Shown: piece after piece, positions 10,845 to 18,915 of the stretch | Numbering within the stretch: position 1 is the stretch's first letter | How the letters are laid out: each line of letters starts with the position of its first letter | Source: Opitutales bacterium | GTDB taxonomy: Bacteria > Verrucomicrobiota > Verrucomicrobiia > Opitutales > Coraliomargaritaceae | Length of the DNA stretch: 32,000 nt | Direction of reading: 5' to 3' | Assembly: GCA_049606355.1 (NCBI GenBank) | Contig: JBMYVL010000004.1 | Span: 30,001 to 62,000, forward strand | The notes under the pieces: model-generated | The model's input: only the letters and a program-made list of their open reading frames with translations | The model's database searches: none | Told to the model about the DNA's origin: nothing | Program-made: the position numbers and the translations under genes

Positions 10845-11612
10845 TTAACGCTCGGTCAGGCGTAATGAGAATCCAGCTTCGGTGAGTATATCGAAGGCTT
10901 TTTGGCTGTGTTCGAGTAGCTGGCCGAGGTTGCTATAAGTGAGCTGGCGGAAGGTCATCTGTGTTTCAGTCACTGCGATGTGTAAATCGAGCTTAGGTAA
11001 TTTGAGCTCAAAGCTGGTCGCATCTGGTGCATAGTCCAAGCACTCCGCGAGCGCATCAATCGCCTCGATTCGATCAATTTTGTCATCCAGATCGATCGCT
11101 TGGGGAAACTGCACCAGCAACTCATCGCAAGAGTGGTTGAAGCAGTCTAGGAATCGATCGTCTTGGGTAATCGCATCGTTGTGCAGTTGTGTGAGTACGG
11201 TACTCAGTCGGTACTGATTGGGTGGCTCGGACTCTTGCTCAACACGAATTTCGAGCTCGAAGTCCGGCGTTTTCAGGCAGGCGAGACCGTCTTCGCAGCT
11301 ATAGCTCAGGGTGCGACGTCTGTAGCCAAACGATGTTCGCAGCTCGCGGTACAAGCGCTCAGCAGTCGATTGGACATCCGCATGCCCCACACGATGCACG
11401 AAGCTGCGGGTCGCGTCATTGCAACTGTCAGGTTCGCGATGGTGCTTCTCGAAGCCGCTAAGCTTGCGGATGCGTCCGCCACTGGAGCCCCGCAGATGGA
11501 CTATAAAAGGTTGTTCATTCACTCGTGTCACTGCTTGGCAGTTGATTAGGGCGAGGATTAGTGACAGGACAATGCTTTCTTTACGTAAAATGTGCTTTAC
11601 ATGGGCATGCAT
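10845..11612 (-). CDS. Hypothetical protein, possibly a lipoprotein
   Basis: This is a 255-aa ORF with coding-like codon usage. The N-terminus HILRKESIVLSLILALINC resembles a signal peptide with a lipobox. The C-terminal half is acidic. I recognise no family. Confidence 0.6.
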   Translation of the reverse strand: MHAHVKHILRKESIVLSLILALINCQAVTRVNEQPFIVHLRGSSGGRIRKLSGFEKHHREPDSCNDATRSFVHRVGHADVQSTAERLYRELRTSFGYRRRTLSYSCEDGLACLKTPDFELEIRVEQESEPPNQYRLSTVLTQLHNDAITQDDRFLDCFNHSCDELLVQFPQAIDLDDKIDRIEAIDALAECLDYAPDATSFELKLPKLDLHIAVTETQMTFRQLTYSNLGQLLEHSQKAFDILTEAGFSLRLTER

Positions 11613-11646
11613 ACACTGTGTTTTCTCCGTCTTTTCCTAATTTCTC

Positions 11647-11838
11647 ATGCAGAAAACACGTAAATCCATCGCCAAGCGCTTCAAGAAGACCGGTACCGGA
11701 AAACTCCTGCGTCGTACGCCAGGACACCGTCACCTCCTTCGTAATAAGAGTGTGAAGCAACGCCGCCGTGCAGGTAGCAGCAAGCTCGTCGCTGACGGGC
11801 AACGCGCTAATCTCATTCGCGGATTGCCATTCGCATAA
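11647..11838 (+). CDS. rpmI: 50S ribosomal protein L35
   Basis: MQKTRKSIAKRFKKTGTGKLLRR...HLL is the typical L35 N-terminus. Length is 63 aa and it lies directly upstream of rplT. Confidence 0.93.
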   Translation: MQKTRKSIAKRFKKTGTGKLLRRTPGHRHLLRNKSVKQRRRAGSSKLVADGQRANLIRGLPFA

Positions 11839-11927
11839 ACCAATCGCTTGACCACAATAACTCACGCTCGTCGGGTAACATGCAAATGGGCGACCCGTCA
11901 GCGACCTAAACGAGAGAGATATCAAAC

Positions 11928-12290
11928 ATGCCTAGAGCCACCAATGGTCCCGCGACGCTCGCACGTCGCAAAAAAGTACTGAAGAAAGCCAAAGGCTACT
12001 TCGGTAACAAATCCCGTCTGTTTCGCTATGCGAAGGACGCCGTCGATCGCGCCGAAGTCTATGCCTATCGCGACCGCCGCAAGAAGAAGACTGAGTTTCG
12101 TCAACTCTGGATTGTTCGTATCAATGCTATCTGTCGTGCAAACGGCATCAACTACAGTCGCTTTATGCACGGCTTAAAGGCTGCTGGAATCGAAATGGAT
12201 CGCAAGCAGCTCTCGGAGCTAGCAATCCACGACGAGACTGCCTTCCTCGCACTGATCGAAAAAGCGAAGCAAGCGAACGCGGCTGCGTAA
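11928..12290 (+). CDS. rplT: 50S ribosomal protein L20
   Basis: MPRATNGPATLARRKKVLKKAKGYFG and FRQLWIVRINAICR are canonical L20 motifs. Length is 120 aa. Confidence 0.97.
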   Translation: MPRATNGPATLARRKKVLKKAKGYFGNKSRLFRYAKDAVDRAEVYAYRDRRKKKTEFRQLWIVRINAICRANGINYSRFMHGLKAAGIEMDRKQLSELAIHDETAFLALIEKAKQANAAA

Positions 12291-12315
12291 CTCGTACTTC
12301 AATCGTAATTTTACG

Positions 12316-12345
12316 GTCGGTTCCTTTGGGAGCCGGCTTTTTTTT
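12316..12345 (+). terminator. Rho-independent terminator of rpmI-rplT
   Basis: A 9-bp stem GTCGGTTCC/GGAGCCGGC (two G-U pairs) with loop TTTG is followed by T8. It starts 26 nt after the rplT stop. Confidence 0.7.
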
Positions 12346-12394
12346 GTCTCGCTCCTAGGGCTGCCGCCTGTCGAGGGTAGAAGTGCCGCAGCTA

Positions 12395-12426
12395 CGATCC
12401 GATGCAGCAACCACTGCATCGGATCG
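12395..12426 (-). terminator. Perfect 13-bp hairpin immediately 3' of the clpP stop (no U-tract)
   Basis: CGATCCGATGCAG-CAACCA-CTGCATCGGATCG lies 7 nt downstream of the clpP stop codon on the minus strand. No T-run follows on either strand, so intrinsic-terminator function is uncertain. Confidence 0.4.
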
Positions 12427-12432
12427 CGAGTG

Positions 12433-13002
12433 TTAAATGGAGTCGATGATCTCGTCAGCTAAGCCGTATTCGATTGCTTCGCTGGCGGTCATATAGAAAT
12501 CCCGGTCAGTGTCTTTTTCAATTTTCTCGAGCGGTTGGCCTGAGCAAGCTGCTAGGATGGCATTGAGCTCATCGCGCAGGCGCTCCATTTCCTGAGCTTG
12601 AATGTGGATGTCGACCGCAACTGCTACCATTTGTCCGGAGATCAGCGGTTGGTGGATGAGGACGCGACTGTGTGGGTACAGCACGCGCATGCCCTTAGTG
12701 GCGCCACACAGCAAAATGGAACCCATACTTGCAGCCATGCCGGTTACCACGACTTTGATGGGCGAGCTAATGAGCTGCATGGTATCATATACCGCCATGC
12801 CAGCAGTAATGGAGCCTCCTGGTGTGTTGATGTAAAAAGTAATCTCCTCGCCCGGCGCGTCCGCTTCTAAATACAGCAATTTTTCGGTAATGTCTTTAGC
12901 GGACTTGTCGCTGACTTCTCCCCATAGGAAAATCTTCCGCTGTTTGAGGAATTGCTCCTGAATTTTAGTGCCAGTCGCGGTTTTGCTGTCTTTGTCTGCC
13001 AT
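12433..13002 (-). CDS. clpP: ATP-dependent Clp protease proteolytic subunit, ClpP1-like paralog type
   Basis: YINTPGGSITAGMAVYDTM, the catalytic Ser in TGMAASMGS, His in LIHQP and Asp in DTDRDFYM are present. The N-terminus lacks the canonical axial-loop motif. Confidence 0.93.
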   Translation of the reverse strand: MADKDSKTATGTKIQEQFLKQRKIFLWGEVSDKSAKDITEKLLYLEADAPGEEITFYINTPGGSITAGMAVYDTMQLISSPIKVVVTGMAASMGSILLCGATKGMRVLYPHSRVLIHQPLISGQMVAVAVDIHIQAQEMERLRDELNAILAACSGQPLEKIEKDTDRDFYMTASEAIEYGLADEIIDSI

Positions 13003-13078
13003 AGGTCTAGGTCTTAAGTGTAAAGATTGGTTTTGTATAGAAGAGCACGAGTCTCAAATCTTTCAAGCCACGTCTCGA

Positions 13079-13522
13079 TTAAGCTTCAATTTTGCGAACG
13101 CGACGTTCGTGGCGACCGCCTTCAAAGGTAGCATCCAGCCAAGTCGTGACGATCGTAAGTGCCATTGCCTCGGTAACTGGTCGCGCTCCAATAGCGATGC
13201 AGTTGGCATTGTTGTGTTCTTTGGTCATGCGGGCTGACCATTCATCCCAACATAGGCCACAACGCACCCCTTGTACCTTGTTGGCGACGATCGCTTCGCC
13301 ATTGCCACTGCCGCCGAGCACAATGCCATAATCTGCCTCGCCGGAAGCGACCGCTTCAGCTGCTGGCCGGATGTAATCAGGGTAGTCACAGGAGTTGTCA
13401 TCGGCGCAGCCGAAATCAAGCACCGTATAGCCACGTGCTCTCAAGAGCTCGCAGATCGGAGCTTTGAGAGGAAAGCCAGCATGGTCGGTGCCAATAGAAA
13501 TAGTTAGGGAATCACTGCTCAT
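13079..13522 (-). CDS. rpiB: Ribose-5-phosphate isomerase B (RpiB/LacA/LacB family)
   Basis: ISIGTDHAGFPLK, GIVLGGSGNGEAIVANKVQGVRC and NNANCIAIGAR are present. Length is 147 aa from ATG 13522; the longer ORF start adds a non-conserved leader. Confidence 0.9.
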   Translation of the reverse strand: MSSDSLTISIGTDHAGFPLKAPICELLRARGYTVLDFGCADDNSCDYPDYIRPAAEAVASGEADYGIVLGGSGNGEAIVANKVQGVRCGLCWDEWSARMTKEHNNANCIAIGARPVTEAMALTIVTTWLDATFEGGRHERRVRKIEA

Positions 13523-13659
13523 GAGTCTTGAACAAAGAGCGCCAAGCCCAGCAGGGCAATACGTAAGCATTATTTTACTGCAAAAAAGGGCTTGCCCTCA
13601 TGGCAGTGCCACCTACTTTGACGCGCTTTTCCAACCCTCTAGAGAAGAAAGTTTATACC

Positions 13660-13830
13660 ATGCCAAGAGAGCACGTAATCATCGAATGTACTGAAGCCCG
13701 CGCTGAGGGTAAGCCAGTGTCCCGTTACATGACCACACGCGATAAGAAGCAACAGCCCGATCGCGTGGAGAAGAAGAAGTATAATAAGTTTCTTCGTCGC
13801 CACACCCTTCACCGCGAAATTAAGAATTAA
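13660..13830 (+). CDS. rpmG: 50S ribosomal protein L33 (Cys-less form)
   Basis: [30 protein letters not shown]...[18 protein letters not shown] has L33 length (56 aa) and pattern. The true start is the internal ATG at 13660. Confidence 0.9.
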   Translation: MPREHVIIECTEARAEGKPVSRYMTTRDKKQQPDRVEKKKYNKFLRRHTLHREIKN

Positions 13831-13851
13831 GGTTTCGCGTCAACTTTACTT

Positions 13852-13886
13852 AAAACAAAACCCGCTGTGTCGACAGCGGGTTTTTT
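13852..13886. terminator. Bidirectional rho-independent terminator between convergent rpmG and the small minus-strand gene
   Basis: An 8-bp GC-rich stem CCCGCTGT/ACAGCGGG with loop GTCG is flanked by AAAACAAAA upstream and TTTTTT downstream, so a U-tract follows the hairpin on both strands. Confidence 0.75.
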
Positions 13887-13917
13887 GTAGCTAACGCGTC
13901 CAGCGCATACGATTGCG

Positions 13918-14139
13918 TTACGCATCGTGAGGTGTCTGACGATCTTTACGCCAAGCGTTGCGATGCTTGCGAATCCAATCAAGTAGGGCGCGTTCGAAGC
14001 CGATATCTTGACCCTTCTTTTCGGATTCGATCCATTTGTGGCGAAGGATTTCTTCGCGCTCAGCTAAAAATTCGCGGTATAAATTGGAGCGCTGTGCGAA
14101 ATTTTCCTTACTGTCGGCGGTGCTGGGTGTGGGTGCCAT
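13918..14139 (-). CDS. Small conserved hypothetical protein (~73 aa)
   Basis: LYREFLAEREEILRHKWIESEKKGQDIGFERALLDWIRKHRNAWRK is a helical, charged motif that I believe recurs in small proteins of several phyla, but I cannot name the family. The start is set at internal ATG 14139. Confidence 0.55.
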   Translation of the reverse strand: MAPTPSTADSKENFAQRSNLYREFLAEREEILRHKWIESEKKGQDIGFERALLDWIRKHRNAWRKDRQTPHDA

Positions 14140-14250
14140 GGGTGACTGGTAGATTCTTTTTAATGGCATCCACAGGACGCACAATAACTTATATAATGAT
14201 AGAACCTTTGTTCGGAGGCTAGTTCAAAAATTTCCGCAGGTTAGTTTTTT

Positions 14251-15324
14251 TCACTGCTTATTTAAGTTCGCGAGGATTTGTCGCGCTACTTCGGTGAAGG
14301 CCAGCGCAGCAGGCGAATCAGGGTCGCTCACGACAATCGGGATGCCATTGTCGCTGCCGATGCGTAAGGCAGGCTCTAGAGGGATCTGCCCCAGTAGTGG
14401 AGTCGCTAAGCTTGCTGCAGTTTCTTTGCCGCCGCCTTCACCAAAGATCGCCTGACGTGTGCCATCTGCGGCCTCGAGGTAGCTCATATTTTCTACGACA
14501 CCGAGCAAGGGTACGCTGACCTTTTCAAACATCCGAGCACCGCGTCGAGCTACTTGAAAGGCAGCTCGCTGTGGGGTGGTGACTACAACTGCTCCATCCA
14601 GTGGAATCGTCTGTACTAAAGACAATTGGGCGTCGCCCGTGCCCGGTGGAAGATCAACAACCAGAATTTCCAGCTCTCCCCAATTCACATTCTGCGCAAA
14701 TTGCTGGATCGTTTTCATAATCATCGGCCCGCGCCAGACAACGGGTGTATCTTCGTCGACTAAGAATCCCATCGACATGGTGGCGACGCCAAAATTCTGA
14801 ACGGGAAGGATCATATCATTTTCGATCTCAGGCCTGCCATTGGCACCGAGCATCAACGGCACCGATGGTCCGTAGATATCACAGTCCATGATACCCACGC
14901 CCGCTTTGTTCTCGGCTGCGAGCAAACGTTGCAAAGCACAGGCTAAATTCACCGTGACCGTCGACTTACCCACACCGCCTTTACCTGAAGCGACAGCGAT
15001 CGTGTAACGAACCTGTTGCATCGCGGGATGATTGCTTTGCGCACCCGAGGTATCATTCGCTGGATTCGGTTGTGGCTGCTGCGGGGTGGAGATTTCCATA
15101 CGAACCTTCACCTCATTCACGCCATTTAGCGCGCCAATGACAGCTTTGATATCAGCAGCGATTTGCTCGGGTATTTGCGAATCACCAGTTGTGATTTCAA
15201 CGCCGATTTGAACCAGCCCTTCGTTGATTTCCACTTCACGGATGAGGCCGAAGGAAACAATATCTCGGCTGAATCCAGGGAATTTAACTGACTTGAGCGC
15301 TTCTTGTATTTTTTGTGAGTCCAC
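14251..15324 (-). CDS. mrp: Mrp/ApbC/NBP35-family P-loop ATPase (Fe-S cluster carrier family) with an N-terminal DUF59-like domain; GTG start
   Basis: The deviant Walker A VASGKGGVGKST, MDCDIYGPS, VVDLPPGTGD and VENMSY are present. The N-terminal 80 aa resemble the FeS-assembly DUF59 domain. Confidence 0.9.
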   Translation of the reverse strand: MDSQKIQEALKSVKFPGFSRDIVSFGLIREVEINEGLVQIGVEITTGDSQIPEQIAADIKAVIGALNGVNEVKVRMEISTPQQPQPNPANDTSGAQSNHPAMQQVRYTIAVASGKGGVGKSTVTVNLACALQRLLAAENKAGVGIMDCDIYGPSVPLMLGANGRPEIENDMILPVQNFGVATMSMGFLVDEDTPVVWRGPMIMKTIQQFAQNVNWGELEILVVDLPPGTGDAQLSLVQTIPLDGAVVVTTPQRAAFQVARRGARMFEKVSVPLLGVVENMSYLEAADGTRQAIFGEGGGKETAASLATPLLGQIPLEPALRIGSDNGIPIVVSDPDSPAALAFTEVARQILANLNKQ

Positions 15325-15467
15325 GTGTTAGGCTAAGGTTTGTGGTTAGACAGTGGAAGGCTTCCTCACTGACTCAACATGAATCTCAAGTTTTTGTAGT
15401 TGAGAATTTGTTCACCGTGTTGGATTTGCATTTGCGATGCACGAGTAATTTTCTTTAGGGTGTGTGT

Positions 15468-16679
15468 ATGCGTATTTTTGTAGTTCCGATCTCTACACTC
15501 ATCATCGCGTTTCTATTGCTCGGGCCGTTGCGCGCTCAGTCTGAGGTGATCGATCTACCGGACGTTGTCCGCGCGGATACTGGGATTGTTGCCATCGCAG
15601 TGGACAGTTCAGACAGCGTTATTGCGGCTCGCGGACGCCGCGCCTTTGCACTTCACGGCGGGTTTCATGTGGTCGCTACTGAAAAGGCCAGTTTAACCCT
15701 GCGTTTGGAGCCACTGGGGCCTACTTCAGTTGAGCTATCACTATTATCGAAGCAAGCGGGATCACAAGGGCATGAAGAAACGCTTGTTGGCAATAATTTG
15801 CAGCATGCAGTAGACCTTGCCTGCGATCGAGTGGTTGAGAGAACCTTGGGAACCAAAGGGTTTTTCGCCGGGAAGCTCAGTTTTATCGCTAAGCAGCGCG
15901 GAGTGCCGGAGATCTATACGAGTGACCTATTGTTTACCCAAGTCCGGCCGCTCACCGCGGATCGTGCATTAGTCATGGGTCCGAGTTGGTCTTCGGATGG
16001 CACTCGGTTGCTGTTTACTAGTTACTACAAATCAGGGTTTCCGGATATTTATCTGTTGGATTTGAGCGCTGGTATGAGAAAGGTCATCGCTAATTTTAAA
16101 GGCAGTAATAACGGTGCAAGCTTTAGTCCGGATGGTCGACGCATTGCGATGACCTTGTCGGGATCGGGTAATTCAGAACTCTACGTGGCGAATCAAGAGG
16201 GCCGCAATTTACGTCGCCTGACACGCAACCGTTCCTTAGAGACATCGCCGAGTTGGTCGCCGGATGGGCAGCGCCTCGTTTATGCGTCCGATGCACCCGG
16301 TCGGCCACAACTGTATGTTTTGCCGGCTGCGGGTGGCACTCCACGTCGCTTGCCAACCAATGTGAGTCGTTATTGCGCAGAGCCGGATTGGAATCCAGTT
16401 GATGCAAAACAAATCGCTTTTACAGCAGCAGTCAGTGGGGGGTTTCAGATCGCTCTCTATGATGCAGAAGCGGGTGTCGCCAAAGTATTGACCAAAGTGC
16501 CGGGTGCGGCAGTTGAACCAACATGGCTCAATGATGGTCGCCATTTGATTTTTACGCAGCGACTAGATGGACGAACAAGGCTGATGCTTTTGGATAGCCG
16601 GAGTGGCAAAGTCAGTGCATTGCACACACGCGCTTTAGGCGATGCCTCCGAAGCTACATTCGTTTATGGCTCATCATGA
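15468..16679 (+). CDS. TolB-like periplasmic beta-propeller protein (PD40/WD40-like repeats)
   Basis: The signal peptide is MRIFVVPISTLIIAFLLLGPLRAQS. Repeated PD40 motifs include PSWSSDGTRLLFTS, ASFSPDGRRIAMT, PSWSPDGQRLVYAS and EPDWNP. No tolQRA or pal gene is nearby. Confidence 0.8.
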   Translation: MRIFVVPISTLIIAFLLLGPLRAQSEVIDLPDVVRADTGIVAIAVDSSDSVIAARGRRAFALHGGFHVVATEKASLTLRLEPLGPTSVELSLLSKQAGSQGHEETLVGNNLQHAVDLACDRVVERTLGTKGFFAGKLSFIAKQRGVPEIYTSDLLFTQVRPLTADRALVMGPSWSSDGTRLLFTSYYKSGFPDIYLLDLSAGMRKVIANFKGSNNGASFSPDGRRIAMTLSGSGNSELYVANQEGRNLRRLTRNRSLETSPSWSPDGQRLVYASDAPGRPQLYVLPAAGGTPRRLPTNVSRYCAEPDWNPVDAKQIAFTAAVSGGFQIALYDAEAGVAKVLTKVPGAAVEPTWLNDGRHLIFTQRLDGRTRLMLLDSRSGKVSALHTRALGDASEATFVYGSS

Positions 16680-18019
16680 ACCGGTTGCAGTTCCTTGCTG
16701 CGTATGGTGCGGTTCCACAGCTCTTTGCCTTCAATGCTCATGACTCGTATCGTGAGCTGTCGATTCGCTTCGGGGCCGGTGAAATCAATGAGTGCGAATT
16801 GCCGCTCTAGGGTATTGGTGCCGGGCATCCGAAAATAATTCAACTCGTCGACCGGCTTCGGATTTGCCGTCAGAGGACCAATACTCAGGTCATATAGATT
16901 GTAACTGCTGACATGTACGAGGCGGGTGAGTTCACCATGATATTTACCACCACTAATAAAAAAGAGCCCTGAAATTTTTTCCGTACGTAACATTTCCAGC
17001 AATCGAGTTTGCTCATCGGTTGCATAGCTAAGATTGTTAGGGCTGTCCGCCGGGTTTAAAATAGGTGCACCTGCAATGATTATTTTGAAGGTTGCGGAAC
17101 TTCGCACCAATTCTTGGCGTAACCATTCGATCTGCTCAGTGCCGAGTATTTCAGGGCGTTTCTGTGAGTGGGGTGTATCATCTCGATAGCTGCGAACATC
17201 AAGGAGGAAAAAGTCAACGTCAGCGCGCCGGAATCGCGTCGCAATTCCATCGAGTTGTGGTACTTCGACGGGTCGCGGCCAAAATGCCTTAAAGCAGGAT
17301 TCAGCCTGATGGCGGTGGGAATAGTATTTGCCAGAATTATTAAAGGCATAGTCGGCGCTGCCCCATGTTGCATAATGTGGAATACTGGCCAGCAGTGGCT
17401 TGAGCTCCGACGTCTGGCGTGCTTGGCTAAATCGCTTATAATGTCCACTCTGCGTCGACCAGTCGCTTTGCCGTAAGTGCGCGGTGTTGCCCGTCCAAAT
17501 CATTAATTCAGGCTTGCTTTCCAACAGGGTCTTAAAAATTCCATAACTACTTCCTAGGATTTGATAGGGCGGTTCAAAGCCGGGCTCTGTCTGATAGTGT
17601 GCGCCTCCAATGGCGATGCGAAAATCAGGCGGTGGCTGGCGTTCGTGATAGAATGAGGGTGTGATCAATGTATTCGCTTCAGTTACCAGCGTGCCGTTGA
17701 CTTCAACTCGATAGGAGTAGGTTTTTCCAGGTTCAACCCCATCAAGGGTGATGGTCGCGGTATTGGCCTGAGTCACTTGAGTCTCTACCGGTATGCTCCA
17801 CTGAAGTGTGCTGCTAGTGGCTTCGGAATAGGCGATGCGCACGAAAGCAGGTGAGTCGGTTTGTACCCAGACTTTAGCTTCACGCATGTCAACGTGGCTG
17901 AGCATGGGACCAGCGACCAGGCCGGCGAACAGGGGGCCCGCTAGAGCACATAGATTCAGCAAGCCTAAAAGCGTTAACAGATGTCTGACTGTGGTACTCA
18001 CAAAAGTAAGAGATTTCAA
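16664..18019 (-). CDS. PhoD-like alkaline phosphatase / metallophosphoesterase family protein, secreted
   Basis: After an N-terminal signal-like helix, a PhoD_N-like beta domain follows (GPMLSHVDMREAKVWVQT...GKTYSYRVEVNG), then a metallophosphatase-like region. The start is TTG 18019 or GTG 18001. No twin-arginine motif is present. Confidence 0.75.
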   Translation of the reverse strand: MKSLTFVSTTVRHLLTLLGLLNLCALAGPLFAGLVAGPMLSHVDMREAKVWVQTDSPAFVRIAYSEATSSTLQWSIPVETQVTQANTATITLDGVEPGKTYSYRVEVNGTLVTEANTLITPSFYHERQPPPDFRIAIGGAHYQTEPGFEPPYQILGSSYGIFKTLLESKPELMIWTGNTAHLRQSDWSTQSGHYKRFSQARQTSELKPLLASIPHYATWGSADYAFNNSGKYYSHRHQAESCFKAFWPRPVEVPQLDGIATRFRRADVDFFLLDVRSYRDDTPHSQKRPEILGTEQIEWLRQELVRSSATFKIIIAGAPILNPADSPNNLSYATDEQTRLLEMLRTEKISGLFFISGGKYHGELTRLVHVSSYNLYDLSIGPLTANPKPVDELNYFRMPGTNTLERQFALIDFTGPEANRQLTIRVMSIEGKELWNRTIRSKELQPVHDEP

Positions 18020-18078
18020 AAGTTAATAGAGAGAGATCACCAAGTGAAGGGCGTAAGCTAGGTCAACTGCGGCAAAGC

Positions 18079-18903
18079 TTACGAGATCTTAATGTTATTA
18101 TGCCGTGAAAAATGTACGGTATTGACCATGCGGTCGACCATCGCAGGACGCTGCATCGGCATCTCCAACGTCTTGTCAAAAAGGCCCTTCAGGAATTTCT
18201 CTCGCTGCTGCTGACCGGGTTTGTAGCGCAGTCGGACTTCAACCAATTCGGGGCGTAGCTCTAACCATTGAGCCTTAATGGCAGCGATTCGTGGATACGA
18301 ACGCGTGCGCTTCTGTAGGACCTTGTTCGCCCGGTGATTCGGTTGTTGGTCGAGAGCAGTACTGATTGCTTCGAGGCAAGCACGCTCCGCTGTGGTCAGT
18401 GACTCCCAACTGACGCCGCACAACTCACAACGCGCTTCAGCGAGTAATCGATGGAGTGCACCCGTTCGCACACGCATGACAAGCGCAACCCAGCGCAGTG
18501 GCCAGTTTTCGAGCTCATAGGCAAGGAAGGCAAAGCGTACTTGCGGAGTCAGGAGGCGCATTTTTGTAACGATAGGACTTTGCGAAGTAATCGTGGCATC
18601 TGCAGGGGTGCTTTCGACCAGGAGTGTTGCCAACATGTACTCAAAGTCAGACAAGCGCTCCGCATAGCCGAGTTGTTGCCAGAGCGCTAGGAATATCTGT
18701 TCCACGCGCGAGGCACGCCGTGCGTCCCCCTCGGCGAGGGTGGTTCCGAAGTAATCATAGGCGAGGTCGATGTAGCCCGCCGCGAGCGCCAGAAATTGCT
18801 CACGATCGCCTCTTTTCGCTGCTTTGAGCTGCGTTCGTCCTGCCTTGCGGGCACGCGACGCGTGTAAGCGCCGCCACATGTAGCTGCGGATTTGTCCAAA
18901 CAT
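18079..18903 (-). CDS. Hypothetical protein with degenerate ECF-sigma-like regions 2 and 4 and a ~115-aa C-terminal extension
   Basis: The region-2-like stretch is EQFLALAAGYIDLAYDYFGTTL...RVEQIFLALWQQL. The region-4/HTH-like stretch is LTPQVRFAFLAYELENWPLRWVALVMRVRTGALHRLLAEARCEL. The tail contains CELC. The canonical sigma-2 DNA-melting motif is not recognisable. Confidence 0.55.
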   Translation of the reverse strand: MFGQIRSYMWRRLHASRARKAGRTQLKAAKRGDREQFLALAAGYIDLAYDYFGTTLAEGDARRASRVEQIFLALWQQLGYAERLSDFEYMLATLLVESTPADATITSQSPIVTKMRLLTPQVRFAFLAYELENWPLRWVALVMRVRTGALHRLLAEARCELCGVSWESLTTAERACLEAISTALDQQPNHRANKVLQKRTRSYPRIAAIKAQWLELRPELVEVRLRYKPGQQQREKFLKGLFDKTLEMPMQRPAMVDRMVNTVHFSRHNNIKIS

Positions 18904-18915
18904 TGGGGAGGCGCG

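Noticed and set aside
11581-11925. A 114-aa minus-strand ORF covers rpmI and the rpmI-rplT spacer.
   Set aside because: It is antisense to an unambiguous ribosomal protein L35 gene and has no recognisable motifs.
13003-13078. A CTTGAAA element on the minus strand upstream of clpP could be a sigma-32 heat-shock -35 box.
   Set aside because: No CCCCAT-like -10 element occurs at the appropriate spacing, so there is not enough evidence to call a promoter.
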